A stretch of DNA of 64,000 nucleotides from Verrucomicrobiia bacterium (GTDB lineage: Bacteria > Verrucomicrobiota > Verrucomicrobiia > Limisphaerales > UBA1319): assembly GCA_963664225.1 (NCBI GenBank), contig OY760937.1, positions 2,496,001 to 2,560,000 on the forward strand, in the 5' to 3' direction. The position numbers and the translations under genes were made by a program. The first letter of the stretch is position 1. Each line of letters starts with the position of its first letter. Below the pieces are notes generated by a model. It was not told the DNA's origin. It ran no database searches and saw only the letters and a program-made list of their open reading frames with translations. This document shows, piece after piece, positions 31,352-42,094 of the stretch.

Positions 31352-32365
31352 ATGAAAGCCTGGCAATACCCCAAACTCGGTCTGGACCACCTGGCGCTCG
31401 TTGAGCGCCCAATGCCGCAACCGGGAGCGCACGAAGTGTTGGTGAAATTTCACGCGGCTTCGCTCAATTACCGCGACCTGCTCCTGGCCTGGGGGCTGTA
31501 TAATCCACATCCTCGTCTGCCAGCCTTGCCGGGCTCGGATGGCGCGGGAGAAATCATCGCACTGGGAGCCGGAGTCACACGGTGGAAAGTGGGTGATCGT
31601 GTTTGCGCCGCCTTCATGCAAAGCTGGATCGATGGCCCGGCAACCCCGGCCAAAGCGGGCACCGCGCTGGGCGGGGGCGGCGAGTTCGACGGTGTGCTGC
31701 GCGAATATGGGGCCTTTCATGAGGAGGGTCTTGTGAGGATTCCGGAACATCTATCCTATGCGGAAGCGGCGACGCTGCCTTGTGCGGCCGTAACGGCGTG
31801 GAATGCACTCGTCGAGGTGGACCATATCAAGGCTGGCGAAACGATCCTCATTCTTGGCACCGGAGGGGTTTCCATCTTTGCCCTTCAACTAGCCAAACTG
31901 CATGGGGCCCGCGTGATTGCCACCTCCAGCAGCGATGAAAAACTGGCCCGCGTGCGGGCGCTGGGTGCGGATGAAACGATTAATTACCGCCAGACTCCCG
32001 AATGGGACCGGGAGGTGCTGCGACTCACAGAAGGGGCGGGAGTGGATCATGTGGTGGAGGTCGGCGGCGCTGGCACGCTGCCCAAGTCCCTCAACGCGGT
32101 GCGGTACGGCGGTCTGATTTCCATCATCGGTGTTCTCGCCAGGGGCGAAGGGCTTAATCATATGCCTCTGATCATGAAAAACCTGCGGATGCAGGGCATT
32201 TATGTCGGTTCCCGCAGGATGTTTGAAGACATGAACAACGCCATCAACCTGGGCAAGCTGGAACCGGTGATTGACCGAACCTACCGTTTTGAACAGCTTC
32301 GCGAAGCGCTGGATCATATGGCCAGCGGTTCTCACTTCGGCAAAATCGTCATTCAGATTGTGTGA
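31352..32365 (+). CDS. MDR-family NAD(P)-dependent alcohol dehydrogenase / quinone oxidoreductase
   Basis: ASLNYRD, PGSDGAG, GTGGVS, HFGKIVI. Confidence 0.92.
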   Translation: MKAWQYPKLGLDHLALVERPMPQPGAHEVLVKFHAASLNYRDLLLAWGLYNPHPRLPALPGSDGAGEIIALGAGVTRWKVGDRVCAAFMQSWIDGPATPAKAGTALGGGGEFDGVLREYGAFHEEGLVRIPEHLSYAEAATLPCAAVTAWNALVEVDHIKAGETILILGTGGVSIFALQLAKLHGARVIATSSSDEKLARVRALGADETINYRQTPEWDREVLRLTEGAGVDHVVEVGGAGTLPKSLNAVRYGGLISIIGVLARGEGLNHMPLIMKNLRMQGIYVGSRRMFEDMNNAINLGKLEPVIDRTYRFEQLREALDHMASGSHFGKIVIQIV

Positions 32366-32479
32366 CCCCATAAAAAATCGAGGGATGACATCACACCTGA
32401 CCGCAATCGTGCGGACTTCCTGTATCAGATAAAGAAACAAATTCTTCATCGTTGTTCCAACCGATGCTAGATTGTGCCC

Positions 32480-33004
32480 ATGATTAAGAGCGATCCGTTG
32501 GATTTTATTTTTGGGCGTCGCAGCATTCGGGTATTCAAGCCGGGTAAAATCGGTCAGGAAACCCTCGAGGTCCTGCTGAAAGCGGCGACGTCCGCGCCCT
32601 CCGCCTGTGCGAAAGACCCGTGGCATTTCATTATCGTGCAGAGCCTCGAAACCCTGGGACTCCTGGCGGACGCCCTGCCGAATGGCCAGATGCTCGCCTC
32701 TGCGGCAGCAGGGATTGTCGTCTGCGGCGATTTGCAGGAGTCGCATGACCACCAGATCAGTTACATGCTTCAGGATTGCTCGGCGGCCACCGAGAACCTC
32801 CTGCTCGCGGCCCACGCGCTGGGATTGGGGGGCTGCTGGCTGGGGATTCATCCACGCCCGGACCGCATTCAAAAGGTGACCGCGATTCTTGGATTACCCA
32901 CACATATTGTCCCGGTTTCCTGCGCAGCGCTCGGTTTGCCGGGGGAAACCAAGGAACCGCGCACCCGTTACCAAGCCGCTCAAGTACACCGTGAAAAGTG
33001 GTGA
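32480..33004 (+). CDS. Nitroreductase family protein
   Basis: RRSIR, APSA, DCSAATENLLLAAHALGLGGCW. Confidence 0.92.
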   Translation: MIKSDPLDFIFGRRSIRVFKPGKIGQETLEVLLKAATSAPSACAKDPWHFIIVQSLETLGLLADALPNGQMLASAAAGIVVCGDLQESHDHQISYMLQDCSAATENLLLAAHALGLGGCWLGIHPRPDRIQKVTAILGLPTHIVPVSCAALGLPGETKEPRTRYQAAQVHREKW

Positions 33005-33069
33005 TCGGGTCGTTAGTCGATGTGCTGGCGACTGTTGGCGACTGTTGAGGCCGGTTGACGATTGCCCGC

Positions 33070-33846
33070 TCAAACGCGCCGGTGGACCTTGTGAATGGCG
33101 GCCTGGTCCGTGGGCTTGATGATGATTTCGTCTATGCAGACATGCGGGGGACGACTGGCGACCCAAAGCATGGCTTGCGCGACATCCTCGGCGGTGAGCG
33201 CCTCGACGCCTTCATAGACTTTCCTGGCGCGATCCGCATCACCCTTGAAGCGGACGAGGGAAAACTCCGTTTCAGCCAGACCGGGATCGATGGTGCCCAC
33301 GCGCAGGCCGGTACCGCAAAGTTCGAGCCGCAGGGCGCGCGTGATCTGCAGTTCGGCGGCCTTGCAGGCGCAATAGACCGCGCCGCCTTCATAAGCGGTA
33401 TGGCCGGCCACGGAGCCAACATTGAGAATACTCCCGCCGGGATGGTTGCGCATGAGGGGCAACAGCGCACGAGTGACCCGCAGCAAACCAAGAACATTGG
33501 ACTGGATCATGGCTTCCCAATCGGTGTCTCGACCTTCGGCCACCGTGTCCAGACCATGCGCACCGCCGGCGTTATTGATCAAAACATCGACCCGGGGAGC
33601 CACCGTTCCAACCCACGAGGCGAAATCATTGGCACTGGAGGTTTGGGACACGTCCAGTGGATGCCAGTGGGCCGAGGCGGCCCCGGCCGTCAGGCAGTCC
33701 ACGGCCACCTTCTCGAGCATCTCCGTCCGGCGCGCGCCCAGAACGACATGCGCCTTGTGCCGTGCAAAAGCATGTGCGGCGGCGGCGCCAAATCCGCTCG
33801 AGCCGCCCGTGATCACCACCCATTGATTGGCCAGTCTTGAAAACAT
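33070..33846 (-). CDS. SDR oxidoreductase (YdfG-like)
   Basis: TGGSSGFG, NNAG, YCACK, ETEFSLVRFKGD. Confidence 0.9.
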   Translation of the reverse strand: MFSRLANQWVVITGGSSGFGAAAAHAFARHKAHVVLGARRTEMLEKVAVDCLTAGAASAHWHPLDVSQTSSANDFASWVGTVAPRVDVLINNAGGAHGLDTVAEGRDTDWEAMIQSNVLGLLRVTRALLPLMRNHPGGSILNVGSVAGHTAYEGGAVYCACKAAELQITRALRLELCGTGLRVGTIDPGLAETEFSLVRFKGDADRARKVYEGVEALTAEDVAQAMLWVASRPPHVCIDEIIIKPTDQAAIHKVHRRV

Positions 33847-33850
33847 GGTT

Positions 33851-34474
33851 TCATCCTTTCGTCGTTGTCTGGTTAATGCATTGTTCGGGAACCGAAAATA
33901 CCTTCTGCAACTGGGCGTAAAGGACGTCCGGCGGACCTTCGTTCCAGACCACGCGATCCGATAGAGCAATTTTTTTATCGATCGGCATTTGGGCGGCATT
34001 GCGACGCTGGATTTCATCCAAGGACCAGCCACGCGCCAGAAGCCGAAGCTCCTGTGTGGCGGGCGAACAGGCCACGCATACCGTGACATGGAAGTCGGCC
34101 GGCACCTCGGTTTCAAAGAGCAACGGAATGATGACCACGGCCAACGTTTTGCCCGCAGTGCGCCATGATTCGGCCTGCAACCTCCAGGCCACGCGGATGC
34201 GGGGGTGGAGGATGCCTTCCAAAAGACGCAGGGCGACGGCGTCTGAAAAAACGACGCGCGCGAGTTCCGAGCGACGCAAGTGGCCGGTGGCATCGATAAA
34301 CCTGGCGCCAAAAGCGCGTTGAATTTCCTCGAGCGCCGGCTGGCCGGGCTCCACCACCTCGCGGGCCAGGGCGTCCGTATCGACCACGGACACTCCCTGG
34401 GCGCGCAGCCAATCCGCCGCCGTGGACTTGCCCATTCCCGCCCCGCCCGTCAGACCGTATAGTTTCATTGCCAT
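33851..34474 (-). CDS. coaE: Dephospho-CoA kinase
   Basis: GLTGGAGMGKST, ILHPRI, IPLLFE. Confidence 0.93.
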   Translation of the reverse strand: MAMKLYGLTGGAGMGKSTAADWLRAQGVSVVDTDALAREVVEPGQPALEEIQRAFGARFIDATGHLRRSELARVVFSDAVALRLLEGILHPRIRVAWRLQAESWRTAGKTLAVVIIPLLFETEVPADFHVTVCVACSPATQELRLLARGWSLDEIQRRNAAQMPIDKKIALSDRVVWNEGPPDVLYAQLQKVFSVPEQCINQTTTKG

Positions 34475-34572
34475 TACAACGATAACAATGCCGTCGAATT
34501 CGCGACAGACAAATGGTTTTTTACACTTGAATTCAAGCTTTCCTCCGGAGCATTCACGGCTATTTTAGGGGC

Positions 34573-35847
34573 ATGACGTTGACGGAACAGATGACTTTGC
34601 TGGGTCAACAGGCCAGAGCCGCCTCCCGCGCGCTGGCCCGGCTGACCACCGCGCAGAAAAACGATTGCCTGCGCGCGATGGCGGACGCCCTGGAGGCGCA
34701 CTGCGGCGCGCTGCTCGAAGCCAATGCGCTGGATATGGCCGCTGGAAAGCAAAACGGCCTGGCTCCGGCCATGCTGGATCGATTGCGGCTGGACGAAAAG
34801 CGCGTGGCGGCCATGGCCAGGGGCTTGCGCGAAGTGGTCGCGCTGCCAGATCCCACAGGACGAATTCTCGACGAACGGGTTCGCCCCAATGGACTGAAGC
34901 TCCAGAAGGTGGCCACACCCATCGGGGTCATTGTCATTATTTTCGAGTCGCGGCCCAATGTGACCGCCGACGCGGCCAGCCTTTGTTTAAAATCCGGCAA
35001 TGCCACGATTCTGCGCGGCGGCAAGGAGGCGATTCATTCGAATGAGGCTATTGCGAGTTGCATGATCGCCGCAGCCCGGAAGGCGCTGCCTGAGTTTCCC
35101 GTTCACGCGATCCAGGTGGTGTCCACCACCGACCGGGAGGCCATCCGCGAATTGCTCTCGCTCACGCAATATGTCGATCTGTGCATTCCCCGCGGCGGTG
35201 AGGGGCTGATCCGCGCGGTGATGGAATGCTCCCGTGTGCCAGTAATCAAGCATTACAAGGGGGTGTGCCATGTGTATGTGGATGCCGCGGCGGATTTCAA
35301 AATGGCCGAAGACATCATCATCAACGCCAAGACGCAACGTCCCGGCGTCTGCAACGCCATGGAAACGCTGCTGGTGGATCGCAGTGTTGCAACGCAATTC
35401 CTGCCCTCGATGGGGCGGCGATTGGCGGAGAAAAAGGTCGAAGTGCGCGGAGACGCTGCGGCGCTTGAGATTTTAAGGCCGGGAATGTCCGGGGTCAAAC
35501 CGGCGACCGAAGAGGACTGGTACGCGGAATACCTGGACCTGATTCTTGCCGTGCGCGTGGTCAATGGCGTTCAGGAGGCCATCGACCACATCAATACATT
35601 CGGCTCGGGCCACACGGATACGATCGTGACGCGTGACGCGGCGCACGCCCGCGAGTTTCTCAATCAGGTGGATTCGGCCTCGGTCTTCTGGAATGCCTCG
35701 ACGCGGCTGGCCGACGGCAGCGAATTTGGCATGGGCGCGGAGATCGGGATCAGCACGGATAAAATCGGCGCGCGGGGCCCGATGGGTCTTGAGGAGTTGA
35801 CCACCTACAAGTGGATGGGCTTTGGCAGCGGGCAGGTGCGCGGGTAG
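34573..35847 (+). CDS. proA: Glutamate-5-semialdehyde dehydrogenase
   Basis: ESRPNVT, GVCNAMETLL, NASTRLADG, ARGPMGL. Confidence 0.96.
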   Translation: MTLTEQMTLLGQQARAASRALARLTTAQKNDCLRAMADALEAHCGALLEANALDMAAGKQNGLAPAMLDRLRLDEKRVAAMARGLREVVALPDPTGRILDERVRPNGLKLQKVATPIGVIVIIFESRPNVTADAASLCLKSGNATILRGGKEAIHSNEAIASCMIAAARKALPEFPVHAIQVVSTTDREAIRELLSLTQYVDLCIPRGGEGLIRAVMECSRVPVIKHYKGVCHVYVDAAADFKMAEDIIINAKTQRPGVCNAMETLLVDRSVATQFLPSMGRRLAEKKVEVRGDAAALEILRPGMSGVKPATEEDWYAEYLDLILAVRVVNGVQEAIDHINTFGSGHTDTIVTRDAAHAREFLNQVDSASVFWNASTRLADGSEFGMGAEIGISTDKIGARGPMGLEELTTYKWMGFGSGQVRG

Positions 35848-36002
35848 GCAAGGACGCAGAGTGACTGGTCTGTAAGGCCGGTCTTGGGATTGGGAGGCTG
35901 TTTCAATCAGCCAGAGAACCCTGCGGTGTGTGCAAACGCTTCCATGTCCGCCTCGGTGGTTTCGCTTTTGCTTTCGACGCGCGATGTGTCAGCATGGGCC
36001 AC

Positions 36003-38687
36003 ATGATGAATCTCACCCATGGTATTCGCGCCATGACCCTGGCCTGTCTGGTGTTTGCAGGCTGCCGCAGCGATCACGGCCAGTCGGCACCCGGAGCTTC
36101 GGCATCGCCCCCGGTGGAGGTTCCCGGCGTTCGCGACGATGGCTCCGTGTTGTTGCCCAATCAATGGTCGCTCCGTCCGGTTGGCAAACAGGTCGCGGTG
36201 GGGGATTTTCCCGTCAATGTTGCGCTGCATCCATCCGGACAATACGCGGCGGTGTTGCATTGCGGCTATGGAACCCACGAAATCGTTGTGGCCCGGATTC
36301 CAGCGGGAACCATCGTCTCGCGCATACCGCTTGAGACCGCCTTTTATGGGCTGACCTTTTCGCGCGACGGTAAAAACCTGTTCGCGAGCGGAGCAGCGGG
36401 TGAAGTCGTTCATCGGTTCGCGTTCGCGGACGGTTTTTTGTCGGCGCCGCAGATGATTCAGTTGCGCGATGCCAGGACGCGTGGAATCCCGGCCGGTCTC
36501 GCCGTCAATGCGGATGGCACGAGGCTGTATGTCGCAAATGTGTGGGGGCATTGCGTCAATGCCGTGGATCTGACCAGCAACCAGGTGATTTGGGAGTATA
36601 AGTTTGGTCTCGATGGACAGGAAAAAGCCTATGCCACGAATGCCACTGCCGCGCCGCTGGATATCGCCGCCGCCACCAAGCGCGCCGAAGTGGCTCAGGA
36701 CACCACGCAAGCCCAGGATGCCTTTCCATACGCCTGCGCATTGGATGAATCCCGCAACCGCCTCTACGTGAGTTTATGGGCCCGTGCGGAGGTGGCGGTG
36801 CTGGATTTGAAGACGCACACGGAAATCGCACGCTGGAAAACCGAAGAGCATCCGAACGAGATGGTCCTCAGTAAAACCGGCGCGCAATTGTATGTGGCCA
36901 ATGCCAACCGGAACAGCGTGAGCGTTCTGGACACGGAAACCGGCAAGACGCTGGAGGTTCTGGTGGCCGTCATGATGGGTGCAAAGCAGGCCGGAACCGA
37001 TTTGAGCCCGGCAAGCAGTGGTGCTCCTGGTTTTGCATCGCCGGATTGGCAAACCAACGCCCCGGCGGGAAACACGCCGAACAGCCTGGCCCTCGCGCCC
37101 GATGGAAAGACCCTGTTCATCGCCAACGCCACCATCAACGCGCTGTCGGTGTTCGACGTCTCGGAACCCGGCCGCAGTCGTTCGCTGGGTTTTATTCCCA
37201 CCGGCTGGTATCCGACCACGGTGCGGGTCACGCCGGATGGCAAGCACCTCGTGGTGGCCAACGGCAAGGGACAGACCTCGCGCGCCAATCCCCACGGGCC
37301 CCAGCCTGGCAGGGAAGCCCCGAAGACCGTGAGCGAATACATTGGTGGATTGCTCCAGGGCACCATCAGCATTGTGACCCTACCCTCCAAAGCCAGCTTC
37401 GATGAACGGATGCGCACCTGGACCGCTGTGGCGAACAGTTGCCGACCCAAGACAGCGGAGGTGTATCCGCAGGAGGCGGGGCATCCAATCCCCCTTTCCG
37501 CCGACACCTCGCGGACGCCCATCAAGTATTGCCTCTATATCATCAAAGAGAATCGCACCTATGACCAGATGCTCGGCGACATGCCGGAAGGCAATGGCGA
37601 TGCGTCCCTGTGTCTCTTCGGCGAGGCGATCACTCCCAACCACCATGCGCTGGCCCGGGAGTTTGTGCTGTTGGACAATTTTTATGTGGATGGCGAGGTC
37701 AGCGCCGATGGCCACGAATGGACCATGGGCGCTTATGCGACGGATTTTGTGGAGAAATCCTGGCCGATGAGTTACGGGCATAACGCCTCGGGAAAGTTTC
37801 CTTATCCCAGCGAGGGGAACTATCCCATTGCCACACCCGCAGGCGGATACTTATGGGACCGCGCGCGCGAGGCGGGCGTCAGCTATCGCAGCTACGGTGA
37901 GTTCGTCAACAACGCCGCGTCCACCAACAAGCCCAACACCTGCCGGGTCGCCACGCTGGCGGGCCACTTCGATCCGTGGTATCGCAGCTTCGATCTGAAT
38001 TATCCGGATGCGTTGCGCGCGGATCGGTTTCTGGCCGAACTGGGCCGCTTCGAGAAAGAGGGGGACATGCCGCGACTGCAAATCGTCCGTTTGCCGAACG
38101 ACCATACCTCCGGCACCGCAGTGGGGAAACCCACACCCATCGCCTATGTTGCGGATAATGACCTGGCGCTCGGACGGGTCATCGAAGGACTCACGCATTC
38201 GAAATTCTGGGCGCAGACGGCCATTTTCATCATCGAAGACGACGCGCAAAACGGCCCGGACCATGTGGACGCCCACCGGAGCATCGCCTATGTCATCAGT
38301 CCCTACACGAAACGGCGGACAGTGGACTCAACCATGTATTCCACCAGCAGCATGCTGCACACCATCGAACTGATTCTGGGCCTGAAACCGATGAGCCAGT
38401 TCGACGCCGCCGCGATGCCCATGGTGAATGCCTTTACCGCCAAAGCGGATTTGCGGCCGTATGTCTGCAAACCGGTCACCGTGAACTTGAACGCGCGCAA
38501 TACGAAATTGGCATATGGCGCCGACCTGTCGAAGAAAATGGATTTTACGAAAGAGGACGCGGCGGACGACTTGATGCTCAACCGGGTCATCTGGCATTCG
38601 ATCAAGGGTCCGGACGTTCCTATGCCCGCGCCCAAGCGCTCGGCCTTCCTGCGCATGCCAACTCAAAAAGATCGGGACGACGACTGA
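36003..38687 (+). CDS. Lipoprotein: YncE-like beta-propeller fused to a phosphoesterase/alkaline-phosphatase domain (start uncertain)
   Basis: Lipobox LVFAGC; propeller repeats; IIKENRTYDQ, SADGH, EDDAQNGPDHVDAHRS. Confidence 0.88.
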   Translation: MMNLTHGIRAMTLACLVFAGCRSDHGQSAPGASASPPVEVPGVRDDGSVLLPNQWSLRPVGKQVAVGDFPVNVALHPSGQYAAVLHCGYGTHEIVVARIPAGTIVSRIPLETAFYGLTFSRDGKNLFASGAAGEVVHRFAFADGFLSAPQMIQLRDARTRGIPAGLAVNADGTRLYVANVWGHCVNAVDLTSNQVIWEYKFGLDGQEKAYATNATAAPLDIAAATKRAEVAQDTTQAQDAFPYACALDESRNRLYVSLWARAEVAVLDLKTHTEIARWKTEEHPNEMVLSKTGAQLYVANANRNSVSVLDTETGKTLEVLVAVMMGAKQAGTDLSPASSGAPGFASPDWQTNAPAGNTPNSLALAPDGKTLFIANATINALSVFDVSEPGRSRSLGFIPTGWYPTTVRVTPDGKHLVVANGKGQTSRANPHGPQPGREAPKTVSEYIGGLLQGTISIVTLPSKASFDERMRTWTAVANSCRPKTAEVYPQEAGHPIPLSADTSRTPIKYCLYIIKENRTYDQMLGDMPEGNGDASLCLFGEAITPNHHALAREFVLLDNFYVDGEVSADGHEWTMGAYATDFVEKSWPMSYGHNASGKFPYPSEGNYPIATPAGGYLWDRAREAGVSYRSYGEFVNNAASTNKPNTCRVATLAGHFDPWYRSFDLNYPDALRADRFLAELGRFEKEGDMPRLQIVRLPNDHTSGTAVGKPTPIAYVADNDLALGRVIEGLTHSKFWAQTAIFIIEDDAQNGPDHVDAHRSIAYVISPYTKRRTVDSTMYSTSSMLHTIELILGLKPMSQFDAAAMPMVNAFTAKADLRPYVCKPVTVNLNARNTKLAYGADLSKKMDFTKEDAADDLMLNRVIWHSIKGPDVPMPAPKRSAFLRMPTQKDRDDD

Positions 38688-38690
38688 AAG

Positions 38691-39010
38691 GGGTGCATGA
38701 CGGAATTCTTCGGCAAGCGAAAAAGACCTTTAAAAGGGCATGTGAGTATATACGAAACAAATATAGCAGGAGTTTCGGGAATGGCCAGGTGCCGATTGAG
38801 GGTGCGGCAAGAGTCAGATCTGAAAGGACGACCGCCCTCATCCCCACCTTCTCCCCCAGGAGAAGGAGTAGTATTGCGAGCCCTGGGTTTATTGCGCGGT
38901 TTGGAGGATGCCGCCGCGCCGGACTATATGCCCCAGACCGCCGACTGGCGTTCTGGCTGGGTTCGTGCGGTTCAGGCTTTTACCAGCTTCCTGAATTTTG
39001 TCCTGCACCC
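38691..39010. mobile_element. Miniature inverted-repeat element (MITE/REPIN-like), second copy
   Basis: GGGTGCATGACGGAATT ... AATTTTGTCCTGCACCC termini; internal CCTTCTCC-ccca-GGAGAAGG hairpin. Confidence 0.6.
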
Positions 39011-39087
39011 GATTGAAAGATTGAAAGGCTCGGCCGACTGAAAGTTGGCAATCCTCGTTCCGTAGTTATATAACGACAGAATATAAT

Positions 39088-40305
39088 ATGAAAAAAACAA
39101 CCTGGGCGATCATCGCCATCGCCGCCATGATCATGGGCGCGACCACGCGCGGTGCTGACCAAACCAACGCGACGAAGTCCATCACCGTTGCGAGTTATTA
39201 CTTCGGCAATTACCATCCCGGCGATCCGCGCAACACGAAGATGAAGGGCAAGGACTGGTCCGAGTGGGAACTCGTCAAGGCCGCGAAACCGCGCTTCCCC
39301 GGACACCAACAGCCGAAGGTTCCCCTGTGGGGCTATACGGACGAGTCCGATCCCAAGGCCATGGAGCAGAAGATTGCCGCCGCGGCGGACCATGGCATCG
39401 ACGCCTTCATCTTCGACTGGTATTATTATAACGACGGTCCGTATCTCGATCGGCCGATCGACCTCGGATTTCTTGGGGCCACGAACAACAATCGCATCAA
39501 GTTTGCCTTCATGTGGGCCAACCACGACTGGCTGGAGATTCAGCCTTACAAACGCGGCACTCCCCAGAAGCTGGTCTTTCCAGGCAAGGTTACTCCCGCG
39601 GGCTTCGACAGAATCTGCGACCATGTGATCAAGGATTACTTCCAGCACCCGTCCTATTGGAAGATTGAAGGGAAGCCTTACTTCTCCTTCTACGAACTGA
39701 CCAAACTGCTGGACAGCTTCGGCAGCGTGGAGGCGACCCGCACGGCGCTGGACCAATTCCGCGCCAAGGCGGTGAAGGCGGGATTACCGGGCCTGCATCT
39801 CAACGCGGTGGTCTGGGGGCAGCCGATCCTGCCGGGCGAACAAAAGCCGGTGGACGCCCCGACGCTGGTGCGCGAACTGGGCTTCGACTCCGTCACCTCT
39901 TACGTGTGGATTCATCATGTGCCGCTGAATGAACAGGTGACCGACTACAATTGGGTGCGCGACGAATACTTCAAATATTGGGACACGGCGGCAAAACAGT
40001 TTGGCGTGCCTTATTTTCCAAACGTGAGCATGGGCTGGGATTCGAGTCCCCGCGCGGCCCAGGAGGATGAATTCGGCAACTTCGGTTATCCCTTCACCAA
40101 CACCATCGGCCATAACACCCCGGAGAACTTCCGCGCCGCGCTGGAAAAGACGAAGGCGCGTTTGCTGGCGCAACCGAAAGGCCCGCGCATCTTCAACATC
40201 AACTGTTGGAACGAATGGACCGAGGGCAGCTATCTCGAGCCGGACATGATCAACGGCATGAAATACCTGGAGGCCGTGCGGGATGTTTTTGGCGTGAATA
40301 AATAG
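39088..40305 (+). CDS. Secreted GH99-like / WbsX-family glycoside hydrolase
   Basis: WSEWELVK..PRFPGHQQP..PLWGY, DWYYY, WANHDW, WNEWTEGSYLEPD. Confidence 0.85.
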   Translation: MKKTTWAIIAIAAMIMGATTRGADQTNATKSITVASYYFGNYHPGDPRNTKMKGKDWSEWELVKAAKPRFPGHQQPKVPLWGYTDESDPKAMEQKIAAAADHGIDAFIFDWYYYNDGPYLDRPIDLGFLGATNNNRIKFAFMWANHDWLEIQPYKRGTPQKLVFPGKVTPAGFDRICDHVIKDYFQHPSYWKIEGKPYFSFYELTKLLDSFGSVEATRTALDQFRAKAVKAGLPGLHLNAVVWGQPILPGEQKPVDAPTLVRELGFDSVTSYVWIHHVPLNEQVTDYNWVRDEYFKYWDTAAKQFGVPYFPNVSMGWDSSPRAAQEDEFGNFGYPFTNTIGHNTPENFRAALEKTKARLLAQPKGPRIFNINCWNEWTEGSYLEPDMINGMKYLEAVRDVFGVNK

Positions 40306-40351
40306 CCCGGCCCCATTCGAACATGGCCACTGCCGCCAGGCCGTGAAGATT

Positions 40352-40380
40352 AAAAAAGGCGGGCTTTGAAGCCCGCCTTT
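40352..40380. terminator. Bidirectional terminator
   Basis: A6-GGCGGGCTT-tg-AAGCCCGCC-TTT between convergent genes. Confidence 0.8.
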
Positions 40381-40408
40381 CGAATCATTGGTTATTGGAC
40401 TGAATCGG

Positions 40409-41260
40409 TTATCCAATAATCTTCTTTAATCCCGCCAGCGACATCTCTGTGCAGTCCATGGGGGATTTGCCATCCGGGTAGGTTTCCTGCTCGACCGTGA
40501 CCCACTCGGTGCCGCCGAAATCGCAGCAGGCCGCATAGACCGCTGCCCAATCGACGGAATCCTGGCCGAGAATGGCCTTCTTGGTCTTGTCGTCACCGAC
40601 CACCGTGGGCTTGAAATGCGTCGATTTCATGCGACCAGGATGGCGTTTCATCAGGTCCACCGGGTCCAGACCGGCGGCGAAGGTCCATCCGCAGTCCTGC
40701 TGCAACACGACATCCTTGGTGGTGTTCTTGGCGAACAATTCCCAGAAGTTTGTGTCATTGATCTTCTTGAATTCGCCCGTGTGGTTATGGTAACCGCAGG
40801 CCATGTTCAAGGGCTTCAGGATCTCGGCGGTCTTGTTGAATGTTTCCGCCAGTGCCTTGCACTTATCCGGATTGGTGAAATCGCCGTCGCCGGGAACGAT
40901 CAGGAACTTGCAGCCGATGGTCTGGTGAAACTCAATGGTCTTCTTCAATTCCTCACCCCGGAAGGACCCGGTGCCAATATGAGTCGCGGCCGCTTTCAGA
41001 TTCAGATCGTCCAGTTTCTTGCGCAATTCCTTGGCCTTGCCTGCATAAGTGTGGTATCCGGCGAATTCGACGCCTTCGAATCCCATTTTGGCGACCTTGG
41101 CCAATGCCGCGTCAAAGTCCTTCCCGCAATCATCGCGAACCGAGTAAAGTTGGACTGCGATCGGGAGTTTTTTGCTGGCGGCCAGGACGTAGGGGCTCAT
41201 TCCGGCGGCTGTGGCGGCCAGAATCGAGGTTTTCACAAAGTGACGACGTGATAGTTGCAT
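40409..41260 (-). CDS. Tat-exported sugar phosphate isomerase/epimerase-like TIM barrel
   Basis: SRRHFV Tat motif; VQLYSVR, GYHNH, QDCGW, HFK, VEQE. Confidence 0.88.
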   Translation of the reverse strand: MQLSRRHFVKTSILAATAAGMSPYVLAASKKLPIAVQLYSVRDDCGKDFDAALAKVAKMGFEGVEFAGYHTYAGKAKELRKKLDDLNLKAAATHIGTGSFRGEELKKTIEFHQTIGCKFLIVPGDGDFTNPDKCKALAETFNKTAEILKPLNMACGYHNHTGEFKKINDTNFWELFAKNTTKDVVLQQDCGWTFAAGLDPVDLMKRHPGRMKSTHFKPTVVGDDKTKKAILGQDSVDWAAVYAACCDFGGTEWVTVEQETYPDGKSPMDCTEMSLAGLKKIIG

Positions 41261-41559
41261 AAATTTTATATCAATTCTGCTCTACATGGTTTGGTTTTTT
41301 TCGGTGATGCGAGCTTAACGCCAATCCGACAGGATTGTCCAGCGCCAGAAAAGAGCGAAATGGGAGGTGCGCGCGCTCCAAAAGCGCTCCGGATGCGTGC
41401 TACTGAGGGCAATCCGGGGCCGATCGATCGCAACCTGCCACGGATTTCCAATGGAAAGAGCGAGGGTTCGGAAACAGAACGGTGGCGAAATAAGGACATC
41501 GAGGGAGGTGCTTGCGCACGGCCACCATGGGGAAGCGCAATTCTTCCGATGTTTCAAGG

Positions 41560-42085
41560 CGTAGTTCTTTCAAGGGGAATCGAAAGCTCGGATGTCTTGC
41601 GCGAGGGGGGGATGCCTTGGCTTAATCAAACGCTCAAAACGAACGAATCTATGGTTTGACCCGGTCCCGAAGTCTGCGCGAAAAGGGGGGCCTGCTTGGG
41701 ATTGGAGCCCTCTCCGGTGGCCACAGCGCGTCAGCGCCGGGGCTTGTGGTGACTGTCCGGTTGCGGCGGTTGCCAGGGCGTCAGGGTGAGGCAACCCCGT
41801 GGATTCCTGACGCTCCCGACCAGGCTCCCTTTGGGAAGCCGTGACGGTGACCCGGGTGGCGTCGTCTCAGCGAGGGGAAGCCTCGGTCTCGGTCACGGCC
41901 AAGGGGGCCGAGCCGTGGCCAATTTGAAGCCAATGGGTCAAGCGGCGGCGACCTGTGGAAGCTCACCTTGGAGCCACCGGCAACCGAGCCAGCGCCGCCT
42001 TTGGGCTTCCTTTCAGGGGGAAACGAATGCGAAGGGGAAACTCACAATTTTTCCAATTGTCATGAAGTCAGGAACTGACCCCCGG
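41560..42085 (+). pseudogene. Possible highly decayed Y1/REP-associated transposase remnant
   Basis: One frame reads FFQGESKA...GGCLG...LWFDPVP, weakly like LFQGRYKA...GYL...VHLNPVR; no intact ORF. Confidence 0.2.
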
Positions 42086-42094
42086 ACGGTTCAC

